A DNA stretch of 64,000 nucleotides from Lytechinus pictus (Eukaryota), in assembly GCF_037042905.1 (NCBI RefSeq), contig NC_087245.1:8062001-8126000 (forward strand), written 5' to 3'. The translations under genes and the position numbers were made by a program. Shown piece by piece: positions 30,201 to 43,540 of the stretch. Position 1 is the stretch's first letter. The number at the start of each line of letters is the position of its first letter. Below the pieces are notes generated by a model that was given only the letters and a program-made list of their open reading frames with translations, searched no databases and was not told the origin of the DNA.

Positions 30201-33200
30201 GTTATCTGCACGTTATGAATATTCATTAGGTGGGCTGATGATGTCACATCCCTACTCAGTGGCGTACCTAGGATTTTCCACAGGGGGGTGCAGCAAAAAA
30301 AAGGTTTTCTATCACAAATAACGGATATTGTACCAGAAAAAATTGTGACAAGCAAAAAAAAGGTCTTCAAGCCCGTCAGGGGAGGGCAATAAAGGTATTC
30401 AAGCTTGTCAGGGGGGGGGGGCAAAAAGGATGTTTCATGCTCGTCAGGGGGGCAGGGATACGTCCTTTGCATGGGTTGTGACTCGTCAGGGGGGGCAGAC
30501 TGCCCCCCATAGGTACGCTAGTGTCCCCACTGTCCTTTAAAAAAAAAAGTTATTACATTAAATAAGTATTGCTTTATTTTTCATACAAACGTGTGAATGA
30601 TGTGTCTCCCTTATAATGAAATAAGTTGCAGCAATGAATATCTGATGCACTTAATCTGTTGTCAATCCAATTTTTTTAGTTCTTGCTAGAAAAAGAATGT
30701 ATAAACCTAATTCCATAATACAAAAGAACAAGTGGGGATATGACATCATCACCTTGCTCACTGAATATTTATATAAAGACATGCCTAGAACTGTTTCACT
30801 GAAATAAGGCAAATCTTTAAAATGCCAAAACTTTATTATTCCTTGTCCGATTTGGACCCAATGTTTTGTTTGCCTGATTTTTATTTATCTCTTTAAATTA
30901 TATTATTTTCAGCCCGCGGCTGGAGTATGTATCCCTTTAGTTGAATTGAATTGAAAAAGTGGCATAATGAGCCAATTTTTTGTGAGGGCTGGATAGTATA
31001 GTATAGTATTCATTTTCCGTATTTAAAAAAATGCAAAACGGATGGATAGCCCATTTTCAGTTTAGTCTACATGACTATACTGTTCTTCCATGGGGTCCAT
31101 ATACAATTCAAAGTAAAAAGTAAACACATATGAAAGAAGCATAACATGTACGGTAAATCAAACAGAATAACAAAAGTGACATAATATATGTTGTTATAAG
31201 AAAAGATCATAAAATTAAATAGTTTGGCAAGAATTTACACTAAATATTTTATAAAATGAATGAATTGAATGAATTAGGCTGATATCACGTTCTTGAAAAA
31301 GGTTTTCACAAGGAGCAAGGAATAATAAAATGAATAATATGAATGTTCAAGTGAATAAAAATGAATATGTAATGATTGTAAACTGTGATCATAATAACAC
31401 AAAATTCTGGTTCACGCATACAATTTTAAGAGGACAACAATATAATAGAGTAAAAACATTGAAAGGAATTCAGGATAAAAGTACAGATTACATTGAGACA
31501 ACATAGAAATAAATATATAAAACATGTATATACACTGATTGGATTCATATGAGAAGTAAGAAATAAAAAGTATAAGGATCATGGCTTTTTGGACAACATT
31601 TATGAAAAAGTTGTCAGCGTGGAAGCAAAAATTCTGACATAAGTATTATGATAAATTTTGACATATTCAGAAAATGTATTTCACCTTTCTCTCCTTTCAA
31701 TTTTTTTTTTCCTTGGTCGTGATTTTTTTAGTCAGGAGCAAGCGCCCCAAAGCCAAGTTCTCCATATGCACGCCACTGAGTTTAAGTTGAGTTCCCCCCC
31801 CCCCAGCCTTCGTGGAAAGGGACCAACGCTCATAAACATCAAAATGATGAATCCTCCTGATATCATAATACTGCTCGCGCATATTAATTCATTCAATTTT
31901 ATTTACTTTTATTTACAATGACAATTCATGGGATTTTTAGTTGACAACAGGCCTAATAAACGAGCTGCTTTAATTTATGAGACGCCAATCGTGTGAAAAT
32001 TACATGTAGATTATTTTCTTATTGACGTATGTTTCGAAAACACATATTTACTGTATGTGCTTATAATATTCAAATTTACATTTCCTTCAGGAAGAATACA
32101 ATTTATAGGGAAAAGGTATACTCACAAACATCAACGTATTCCGCTGGTCATGCATGCTAATGGTGGACAATTCGTCGCCATGATATATATCACAAGCCCG
32201 CGCGAAAGCATATTCCCTCATTTTGTTTTCCAGTGAGAAAGTTCCCGCCAACACTGACATTACGCGCGAAATTTTGAGTTATATCCCTGGTTTCACCGTA
32301 GAAAATACACGCATACATGTGTAAGGACGATGGAGCGAGAGAGAAAGCATGATGAATTGTTCAATGAAAATATTAATCCATATATTGTTCACATTAATGT
32401 AAGTTTGTGCCAGATGGCCCAACCATCTTGGAGGATGGCAATATCCATAGAGGAAAGTCATGAAGAACTGCCGTTTATTCATCTGTAGATCTGAACGTTT
32501 TTATTTTGTCCAATGTAGGGTCCATGGTATGACCACGGACCTATGAATCACGATCAGCATACAAATGTTCATTTCATCTTCTTCAGACCTTGTAGTTTGA
32601 GCTAGGGGTTAAACCCTTGACCCTTGACCACTGCCAGGAGGACTGGAAATGTGCAGATGCAGAACGTGGATATATAACATCCACATCCAAGTAGGCAATG
32701 TATGCAAGCATTGCCCGCCTGTAATTACCAATAGTAATTTCATTAGAGATAATCAATACACACATTGTGAAGAGAAATGTATTTAAAAGAAAAAATGTTA
32801 ATTGATTAATGTTCAAATAATAACGCGTGAATTCATAATTTAATGCAGTCAAAATGTTTTATTTTGGCTAATTTTGCATTCTAAAAACGAAAAATTCCTC
32901 TGCGGTCGCTCCACTTTTGCAGTCAATCATGATATAATTTTCTAGTTTCTAATTCATTTTATCTCGATTTTTAAGTATACATATTTATTTGTTGTTTATT
33001 TATTGTAAATCTTAATCATTTCAGATTCTCATTATTTGCACGCTGCTGAGTACATAGTATTGTGCACAATTTATTCTACGACCGCAATAATGTTTTTCAT
33101 TATTATTAACGACTCCACATGAACTGTATGATTCCATTGACCTTTAAATAATAAAACTTTGATCATGAACCAATCAAACCACCCTTACATACACCATGGA

Positions 33201-33560
33201 CATGATGGATAGCTCTATGCATACACAGGCGTGGATTTGAGCGGTGTGCTCTTGTCATTCTTATTCTGGTATATTTGTAGAAGCGAGTGATATATTCTTT
33301 TTTTAAATACTTCAAAACAGTTGAGTGTATGATCAATGGCATTGATCAAATCAATGCCGACAGGACAACAACATTTCTGACATATCTCTACAATTTTATT
33401 CATTTTATAGGGTAATTGCATCATCTCTGAATACAGTTTTAAAGATTGTTCAAATTCTGTCCTTTCCGCTATATTTTCCTTTTCGATTTAATCAACGTGA
33501 TATTTCCAAGTTTTTTTAAGTTGTGGACTGTGTCGGCGTATTATTTCATAAGACATCCCT
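27300..33560. repeat. Old, diverged tandem duplication (copy A about 27300-29450, copy B about 29585-33560 with extra insertions)
   Basis: Colinear shared blocks, e.g. GAAGGTCATT(G/A)GGCTGGGTGAAGTA near 27390 and 29630, TCCGCTGGTCATGCAT near 28540 and 32140, and TTCATAAG(G/A)CATCCCTA near 29430 and 33545. Confidence 0.8.
30052..30940. mobile_element. Kolobok-like TTAA MITE with nested hAT-type MITE (30257-30523)
   Basis: TTAA|AGGGGTACTCCAG...CTGGAGTA...CCCT|TTAG. The nested CAGTGGCGTACCTA...TAGGTACGCTAGTG element has an 8-bp TSD TCCCTACT/TCCCCACT. Confidence 0.8.
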
Positions 33561-33794
33561 ATGGCCGATAACTATCATCTAAATATCTCACCTCTAAAAA
33601 GTTAGTAAAACTAGTTTTCATTTCAATTTTAGTTTTATTTTATTGTTCACATGGAAATTCGTTCTGCTCATTTTGTAAACATTTGTAATAAAGTACCTAA
33701 TACTTAAATGATTCGACTTAAAACATTTTATCCTTATTTGCCAACTGTGATGTAACAACTAATTTATATTTCGTTTTCCTATTCTTATTAAGTT

Positions 33795-35700
33795 TTCGTT
33801 CTTCTTCCCCTTACTTTCCACTGTAATAATAAGCACATTACTTTCAACAACTTACTAATCTTCAAGGCTCATGCACTCACTATGCTCACTTACATACCCC
33901 TTGATGACGTTTTAGACACTATTCTGTCTTTCAACTGCTAAAAATTTAATTTCCATAGCAATAGCCATCCTGAAAAAAAAATCGAGATAGGCCTTATCTG
34001 TTTAAACACAATAAGTGAGAAATGGTAGTATATTCTTGTATTCACGGAGCCCCATATGCATAGCCCTTGATGTGATAACTACTGTAAACGTAAGTTGAAA
34101 GACGGTTTGGACAACATTCTCCCGACCATTCTGTCCTATGATATAGTAATAATTGAAAACTATTTCACTCGCCTAGTTCCCACATTGATTTACATCCATC
34201 TGGGTCGAGGGAAGGAAAATAAAACTTTCCATCTCCGGCGATCAAACGAGGTCGGGAGACTCTTTCATGAAATTTGTAAACGTGTTTCGTAGACAACAAA
34301 ATCCAAGGATATCACTAAAATTGCCAGAAGTCAGTCCTAACAATAATGGCACCCCGTCTTGACCCCCTGACCCATGGTCTGCACGGTATTTTATATAGCT
34401 AGGTCCAGTATATAGCTAGCTCTATGGTCTTCGTTCTTCTTCCCCTTACTTTCCACTGTAATAATAAGCACATTACTTTCAACAACTTACTAATCTTCAA
34501 GGCTCATGCACTCACTATGCTCACTTACATACCCCTTGATGACGTTTTAGACACTATTCTGTCTTTCAACTGCTAAAAATTTAATTTCCATAGCAATAGC
34601 CATCCTGAAAAAAAAATCGAGATAGGCCTTATCTGTTTAAACACAATAAGTGAGAAATGGTAGTATATTCTTGTATTCACGGAGCCCCATATGCATAGCC
34701 CTTGATGTGATAACTACTGTAAACGTAAGTTGAAAGACGGTTTGGACAACATTCTCCCGACCATTCTGTCCTATGATATAGTAATAATTGAAAACTATTT
34801 CACTCGCCTAGTTCCCACATTGATTTACATCCATCTGGGTCGAGGGAAGGAAAATAAAACTTTCCATCTCCGGCGATCAAACGAGGTCGGGAAACTCTTT
34901 CATGAAATTTGTAAACGTGTTTCGTAGACAACAAAATCCAAGGATATCACTAAAATTGCCAGAAGTCAGTCCTAACAATAATGGCACCACGTCTTGACCC
35001 CCTGACCCATGGTCTGCACGGTATTTTATATAGCTAGGTCCAGTATATAGCTAGCTCTATGGTCTTCGTTCTTCTTCCCCTTACTTTCCACTGTAATAAT
35101 AAGCACATTACTTTCAACAACTTACTAATCTTCAAGGCTCATGCACTCACTATGCTCACTTACATACCCCTTGATGACGTTTTAGACACTATTCTGTCTT
35201 TCAACTGCTGAAAATTTAATTTCCATAGCAATAGCCATCCTGAAAAAAAAATCGAGATAGGCCTTATCTGTTTAAACACAATAAGTGAGAAATGGTAGTA
35301 TATTCTTGTATTCACGGAGCCCCATATGCATAGCCCTTGATGTGATAACTACTGTAAACGTAAGTTGAAAGACGGTTTGGACAACATTCTCCCGACCATT
35401 CTGTCCTATGATATAGTAATAATTGAAAACTATTTCACTCGCCTAGTTCCCACATTGATTTACATCCATCTGGGTCGAGGGAAGGAAAATAAAACTTTCC
35501 ATCTCCGGCGATCAAACGAGGTCGGGAAACTCTTTCATGAAATTTGTAAACGTGTTTCGTAGACAACAAAATCCAAGGATATCACTAAAATTGCCAGAAG
35601 TCAGTCCTAACAATAATGGCACCCCGTCTTGACCCCCTGACCCATGGTCTGCACGGTATTTTATATAGCTAGGTCCAGTATATAGCTAGCTCTATGGTCT
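33795..35700. repeat. Near-perfect tandem triplication of a 635-bp unit
   Basis: The same short ORF recurs at 34095, 34730 and 35365 (spacing 635). Only isolated substitutions separate the copies. Confidence 0.97.
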
Positions 35701-36804
35701 AAGGCATTTATACTTTCTGGCAGAAGACGATTTTGTTACAAGCTGCACATGCATGGAGCATGAAGCTAATAGCTTCATGCATGGAGGGAAGGAGATAAAT
35801 TTTTTTTAAATTTACTTAACAGTTGCTACTGATGGGTTATTTATCTGTACATTGATAATCCATAGATCTTTAATTCGACTTTAAAGGTGCACCCCCGCGC
35901 ACGGACCTCAACATTTCTTAACTACAAAATATGAGACTGGATTCCTCTTAAGCCCGCGGTGCACAATATATGATTCGTAGCGATCCGAAAAGTAAATAAA
36001 TTGTAATAACATTTGATATAACTTATATTAACATTCCATCCAATAAAATCTTAGCGTTCAGAGTAGTGTTACTGAAATCGAAATTCTGTCTTGTTCGAGC
36101 CTCCGTGTACTTGAACAAATTTATATTGATAATGAAATTCATCCCTATATATAACCTCTAAATTATTGATTGTCCTACATTATATAGTAAAAGAAATATA
36201 TACAACGCTGTTTACTATACGAACATTAGAGTAATTGTTTAAAAGGTTTAAATAAGGGTTAGTGTTTAACTCTTATAAGCAAAAAAGTTTAATTTTCAAT
36301 ATCTAGTAATCTTCAATAAATTAAACAGGATTGTTTAAATGGTTAAACAAATACTGCAAGGTTCATATGTAGTAAACAGCGTTGTATAAAATGTTAAACA
36401 GCGTATTTACTGTGTATCATAATATGCCCTTGTTTACTTTTGATAAATGTTCAATTAGTTAATGTTCTAATAGCGTCCCTCTTCATTTGGCACAAGTTTT
36501 CCTATTATAAAGATTCTGAAAATACACATTTTAAATTAATGAATATATTATATCGAGCCTCGAGGAAAACGATGCTGTTGCTAAAATCAAATGATAGGCT
36601 ATGTACTTTAGTTTCATGGGTTAAAGCTTTGTGAGTGCATGGGTAGATAAGTTAGCATTTTTGCTTTGTTTCAAAAGAGCGCCATTTCGGGAAAAATGTG
36701 CCCTTTTCCCCTGTTCCCCCCCCCCCCCCCCACTTTCACCTTCGCTCCGCCACCCCTAAATTTCTATGAGCTCTTATTAGGCCATTTATAGGCCAAATAT
36801 AATT

Positions 36805-39800
36805 TTCCTTGTCTGATGACAGCTCACTGTTGATTTCGTTCAATTTAAAGGTACACATATGATTCTTAAAATGTTAGGCAACATACTGTCCACACAAAAA
36901 TTGATTTAAACTTTTATCCAACTTTGGGTAGTTTTCAAACAAAGCAGACATTATTGGTTTAAAACTACCCAGAATTGGATAAAGTTTTAACCGATTGCTG
37001 TGTGGACTGTATGTTGCCCAACAGTTTTATGAGTGTGTGTTACAACACTTCTTAAACACACCGTTTTGGCAGATGTAGATTACTGAAATGAAATTGTAGC
37101 TGTAATTTGAATTAAATCATCTTGATCCATATCCCGTTATTGTATTCCAATGCAGATCTTCTCTTGAGTAGGATCGACTGTATTTTGTTTAAATAATAAT
37201 AACAACACATTGATATAAAGTCAATTTTCGGTGCTCTTCCCATCAATTATTACCACTGCAACTTGGCTGTTACATACAGCTGTGAGATAACTTTGTATTC
37301 TTGATATTAAACAGATCTTACTGGTGTAATTTTTTTTTTAAATATATCTTACCAACCACCAACAATTTTTGACAACTGTTTGCTATTTAGGCCCACCTTT
37401 CACAAATGCAAATTCAATTAAAAAGGCTTTGGTTCATTTAAGATAACTTCATCTGTCATTGTCTGTATGACTGAATCTCTGATATATCGAGATCTTACAT
37501 CAATACATGTATATTATATAGGCATTTGTTATATTTCTTAGATAGCCCTTAGCCTACACTTTAACAACCCCTACATGGTTGGGTCACGGTGATGAGTTGT
37601 TCTGATGGGGAATTACACGACTGTGTTTGTGTTCTCTTTAATCCGTTTAAATTATGCAAATTAACTTTTAATGGAAGTCATGTAAATTGTATAATATCCA
37701 GTTATCTCTGTGATTCATATAAACAATATTCACTTGATTTTTCTGTAAAATGTGCAAAAAATTCTAAGTCATGTCAAGCCTGGCAATTCCAGCCTGCTGC
37801 TTCTACGGCTACGCCTGACACATCCCGCCTTGAGTTCCGGGGGAATTACAGTCCGGGTCGGGCATCATTCCTGCTGGATATTTTGAAAGATTTAAAGCTA
37901 TTCATAATATTTATGTTTTCTCCTTCTTTTCGATAAGATCCGTATAATTGTTCCGTTTGACAATATAATCAAATGTCATTTCAACAGGGTTTTCGTTAAA
38001 TTTGCTCCTCTGAAATTACATGCAACATGTTTTGGCCTATATGAAAATGAGGTTATTTGAAAACTGTCTAAGAAAATGAACCTTTCTCCAGCATCCATAA
38101 CAAAGCATTCGTTATTTGATAAAAACGAATCGTACAAGGTTGATTTTTTTAATTCTGATTAATTATACAAATCAATAATTTATTTCATCATTTGTATGAT
38201 TTTATTTGCATTTGCTGATTTTTAAACAAATATTTCTGTTTTGAAATTTTACGCCCTCTATGGTTGAACATTGATTTAGTATGAATATTATAGAATTATT
38301 GTAACTGTTTTCTTTCTTAAAATAGTTTAAAAGTAACATGACTTTATACCCTAATACAATGATATTATAGTGTATTACTTTTCCATCTTTTTAAGACCGG
38401 ATACAATGTATAAGAACTTCTTAAATGCTGTCATTTTGTGATGTTTGAAGTCAAATGGCCTACTTTTTTCATTATATTATGTATGTACAGGTAAAAGGGC
38501 GAATGGGATGTTTTTCCTTGTCTAATTATACTTCACTGTTGCTTTCGTTCAATTTACATGTTCACACATGTAGTATACACTTCTCAAAAACATGCATTCA
38601 AACCAAAGTTTGACAGACTTCCCAAATGAAATTGTAAAATGCTATAATTTAAATGAAAGTTAATAATCTTGATCCATATCGCGTTATAATATCAACCAGA
38701 TCTTCTTTTGAATAGGACTGTATTTTTTATAATAATAATTAAAAATACACTCTTAAACTGTTGGGTAACTAACTGTCCACACAACTATTGGTTAAAAATC
38801 AAATTCTGGGTAGTTTTCAACCAGTACTGAAGTTTTCACCCAAAGCACACATTATTGGTTTGAAACTACACAAAATTGAATAAAGTTTTAACCAATTGTT
38901 GTGTGGACAGCATGACATGTTGCCAAACATTTTAGGAGTGTGGGAAACATTCTAGAATATCATATCTTGCCAACCACCAAGGATATTTGACATCTGTTTG
39001 CTATTTAGACCCATGTGCACCTTTCACAAATACAAATTAAATTAAAAGGCTTTGGTTCATTTAAAATAACTCCATCTGTATGACTGAATCTCTGATATAT
39101 CGAGATCTTATGTGTATATATCTTACGCGTATATATTATATATGTTATATAGGCATCTGTTTTATTTCTTAGATAGCCCTTAGCCTATACACTTTGATAA
39201 CCCCCTTCATGGAAGGGTCACGGTGATGTGTTGTTATGTTATCATGGTTATATGGAATTACACTATAGGTACGTGTGTATGCGTTCTCTTTAATCCGTTT
39301 CAAATATGCAAATTAACTTTTAATGGATGTCATGTAAATTGTATAATATCCAGTTATCTCTGTGATTCATATAAACAATCTTCACTTGATTTTTCTGTAA
39401 AATGTGCAAAGAATTCTAAGTCATGTCAAGCCATGCAATTCCAGCCTGCTGCTTCTACGGCTACGCCTGACACATCCCGCCGTGAATTCCGGGGGAATTA
39501 CAGTCCGGGTCGGCCCTCATTCCTGCTGGATATTTTGAAAGATTTAAAGCTATTCATAATATTTATGTTTTCTCCTTTTCGATAAGATCCGTATAATTGT
39601 TCCGTTTGACAATATAATCAGATGTCATTTTAACAGGGTTTTCGTTAAATTTGCTCCTCTGAAATTACATGCAACATCTTTTGGCCTATATGAAAATGAG
39701 AATATTTCAAAAGCTGTCTAAGAAAATGAACTTTTCTCCAGCATCCATAACAAAGCATTCGCTATTTGATAAAAACAAATCGTACAAGGTTGATTTTTAT

Positions 39801-40885
39801 GCTGATTAATTAGACATATCAATAATTCATTTCATCATTTATATGATTTTATTTGCATTTGCTGATATTTTAACAAATATTTCTGTTTTGAAATTTTACG
39901 CCCGCTTTGGTTTAACATTGATTCAGTATGAACATTATAGAATTATTGTAACTATTTTCTTTCTTAAAATAGTTTAAAAGTAACATGACATTATACCATA
40001 ATACAATGATATTATAGTGTATTCTTTTCCATCATTTAAGACTGGATACAATGTATAAGAACTTCTGAAATGTTGTCATTTTGCGATGTTTGAAGTAAAA
40101 AGGCCAACATTTTTTCATTATGATTATGCATGTACTGATAAAAGAGTGAATATGATGTTATTCCTTGTCTAATTATACTTAACTGATGCTTATCCGTTCA
40201 ATTTACAGGTTCACACGTGTAGTATACACTTCTCAAAAACATAAAATTGTAAAAATGCTATAATTTGAATAAAAATTAATAATCTTGATCCATATCCACT
40301 TTATAGTATCAACCAGATCTTCTTTTGAATAGGACTGTATTTTTTTTCATGATAACTGAAAATACACTCTTAAAATGTTGGGTAACATATTATTGTCCAT
40401 ACAACAGTTGGATACAAAAATTATCCAACTATGGGTAGTGTTCAACCAATACTGTGAATTTTTCACCCAAAGCACACATTATTCATGTTATTGGTTTAAA
40501 ACTACACAAAATTGAATTGTGTGGACACTGTGTTGGCCAACATGTTGAAGAGTGTCTTACCAACCACCAACAATTTTGACAACTTACTGTTTGCTATCAC
40601 AGCAGTTCAATTCATTTAAAAAAGGCTTTTGGTTCAATTAAAATAACTCCATCTGCATGACTGAATCTCTGAATTTATCGAGATCTTACATTTGAGAACC
40701 CCTAGACTTTTGGAAGTGTCACGGTGATGTGTTGTCCTGATAGGGAATTACACGACTGTGTTTGTGTTCTCTTTAATCCGTTTCAAATATGCAAATCATT
40801 TTTAATGGATGTCATGTAAATTGTATGCCCAGCTATCTATGTGATTCATATAAATAATCTTCACTTGATTTGTCGGTGAAATGTG
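36805..40885. repeat. Diverged tandem duplication of a ~1.65-kb unit (two full copies and one partial)
   Basis: Similar ORFs at 37589 and 39223. Shared blocks such as ATGACTGAATCTCTGA..ATCGAGATCTTA occur near 37470, 39080 and 40660. Confidence 0.9.
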
Positions 40886-41239
40886 CAATGGGAGCAAATA
40901 CTCGAATGGCGTTGAAGCTCTGAATTTTAAAACTTTCTCTGAAACTTTAACCATGTTAACCTGCTCTAGTTTTGATATTTTTATATAACTCGATTTACGA
41001 AGAAAAAAGAGCTCAACATAATTATGAAAGGGATGATGCATGCTAGATGCGGGACTTTTACTTTCCATGCATGCGAGGCATGGAAACCTCTGTGATTTAT
41101 CTTGGCAAAAAAATGTAATTTCGCTCATAATAAGCGCTTCCTTTTTTGTATGATTAAGAAACTTCAGTGATATTCAAAACAACACAGGAAATGGATGTGC
41201 AGCGATATAGAAATGTTTCATCGCATAAACATTTTCATA

Positions 41240-42092
41240 TATATATCTCGGAATTCACATTGACGCTGAATTGAAATGGGATATTCATATACATAACATG
41301 TGTCAGAAAATCAGTAAACTGGTTAGTTTTCTTGGACGGTTAAGACATGTTGTTAACGAATCAAGCTTAAATTTGATATACAAATCCGCCATTTTGCCAC
41401 ATTTTGATTACGCTAACGTCATTTGGTATTCAGCTCCACAAGGTTCTCTGTCAGCCCTTCAAAAACTCCAGAATAGAGCTGGCTGTATAATTATGAAAAT
41501 AAATCCCTACTCTTTTGTCTCCAATCAACATATTCATGAGACTTTGAATTGGGAATTTCTTGAATGCCGCTATAAAAAGCATATATGTACAATGATTTAT
41601 AAAATATTGCACAATCTTTTTCCAAACTATATGTCTGATAACATTTCTAGAAGAACTTTAAATTATTCGCTTCGTTCGAACCAAAACCTTAATTTACCCA
41701 AACCAAATTCTAACAATTGTAAAAAGACATTTTTCTATAGGGGCATATCAATTTATAATCAATTGCCCAATGAAATTCGTAATGCACCAACTTTAAGTTC
41801 CTTTCATACTCTATTATATAATTATTTAGATTGAGCATTTGTATTTCTTTTTTCTTTTTGTCTTAGTAATTTTTTTATTTTTTTTTCTGTCAATGTATTT
41901 TACTCTGAAATGTTTTTTTTTTATGGTGTATATTACTTTGTATGGTAAATGTAGGACCCCAAGGAAGAACAGCAGTATTTTGAAAATACAGCTGAATTGG
42001 GTGATCCTCCGTTATTGTATGTATCTCTCTTGTATATTGTGTATTTTTTTTTTATCTGATTCGGAAATAAAAACAAACAAACAAACAAATAT
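41240..42092 (+). mobile_element. 5'-truncated CR1/L2-clade LINE 3' end with (AAAC)n tail
   Basis: YLGIHID..LKW, IYKSAILPHFDYANVIW, LQKLQNRAG and TFFYRGISIYNQLP in and just before ORF 41271-41834. Ends in AATAAA followed by AAACAAACAAAC. Confidence 0.88.
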
Positions 42093-42878
42093 AGCATGAC
42101 ACGAATTAAATGCCTCCACCCGTGAGCAGATACTTTGCTTTAAAATTGCTTGCTGAAAAGCGGAAGAAATAGTACTTTGTGACTCGACTCGGGGAGTGTT
42201 AACCCATATTTCGAGACAGATGGCACCTTTGTTTTCCCACTGAAATATCCATAAAAAGGGCTAAGGGTCAAGAAGGTCGAGAATGGTTTCTCAATGCTGA
42301 ATAGATTACCTTCATACTAATAGGTCCATGATGTGACCATACAGCTATTACACACTGAGGGGTATAGTATAGTTTGGGAATCTCCAAAAATTGTTGAATT
42401 TGAATCAATAAAGAAAAATCAGACAAGAATAATGCTGACAATTACATCAAAATCGGATGTAGAATGAGAAAGTTGGGACATTTTAAAGTTTAGTTTATTT
42501 TTCACAAAACAGTATATGCACAATTTAGTCACATGCAAATGACAGAATCGACGATGTCTCTCACTGACCAGTTCTATTGTGTTTTATTGTTTGAAATCTA
42601 CAATATTTTAATCTTTACAGATTTGGCAATAGCTGATGTGACCATAGCTCTATGGTGTGACTAACAATCGTTTACCATGTCATTACCGAGTCATACAAGA
42701 TTGATTGTTTGAACACGATTCTTATAAAAATCAATCACTCATTTCATCATTTGGATAATTTTATTTCCATTCATTGAAATAGAAATACGTTCGGGTGCTA
42801 ATAATGCCTCTCCATAGTGATAAGACACAGTACGAACGGGGGCGGTTCTAGACGATTTTTTTTATGGGGGGGGGGGCG

Positions 42879-43540
42879 TGTTGCACCCACAAATGTAATA
42901 ACACTTTACCCACAAATGTTATAACGCCCACAAATGTAATAACACTTTACCCACAAATGTAATAATTTCACCCACAAATGTAATAATGCACTTTTTGAAA
43001 CAACCGGGTCTGGAAAAAAGACTTTGGACTTATACAATAGTTTTTAAACAACCGGGTCTGGAAAAAAGACTTTGGACTTATATAATAATCTTTTAATTAA
43101 CCGGGCTGGAAAAAAGACTGGACTTATATAATAATTTTTTAAACAACCGGGTCTGGAAATAAGACTTTGGACGTATATTATAATTTTTTAAACAACCGGG
43201 TCTGGAAAAAGACTTTGGACTTATCTCCAACAAAGACTTTGCACTTTTGTGCTATATGAAGCCATTACTATAGGATCTTAGTTTAGAACGGATTAGCCAA
43301 AAATCCCTTCAAATTTATTACATTTGTGGGTAAAGTCATTATTACATTTGTGGGCGATCAAAAATTATTAGGCCTACATTTGTGGGTAAAGTGCACTATT
43401 ACATTTGTGGGTGAAATTATTACATTTGTGGGTAAAGTGTTATAACATTTGTGGGCGTTATTACATTTGTGGGTAAAGTGTTATTACATCTGTGGGCGTT
43501 ATTACATTTGTGAGCGATTATTACATTTGTGGGTGCAACA
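42879..43540. mobile_element. TGT...ACA foldback element with arrayed subterminal CCCACAAATGTAATA motifs and a central ~56-bp minisatellite (Ginger-like, non-autonomous)
   Basis: TGTTGCACCCACAAATGTAATA...TATTACATTTGTGGGTGCAACA. Flanks are GGGCG and AGGCG. Confidence 0.75.

Noticed and set aside
34095..35562. Three near-identical 65-aa ORFs
   Set aside because: They are a by-product of the 635-bp triplication, start at TTG and have no recognisable domain.
37588..37608. Box C/D-like motifs (GTGATGA...CTGA) in the 1.65-kb repeat
   Set aside because: The boxes are only a few nt apart and are not conserved in the other copies.
37589..39585. Two similar 115-120-aa Cys-rich ORFs
   Set aside because: They have non-ATG starts, differing N-termini and no recognisable domain, and are explained by non-coding duplication.
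42879..43540. CRISPR-like repeat/spacer appearance
   Set aside because: Spacers are very short and not unique, the repeats are inverted between the two halves, there are no cas genes, and the context is eukaryotic.
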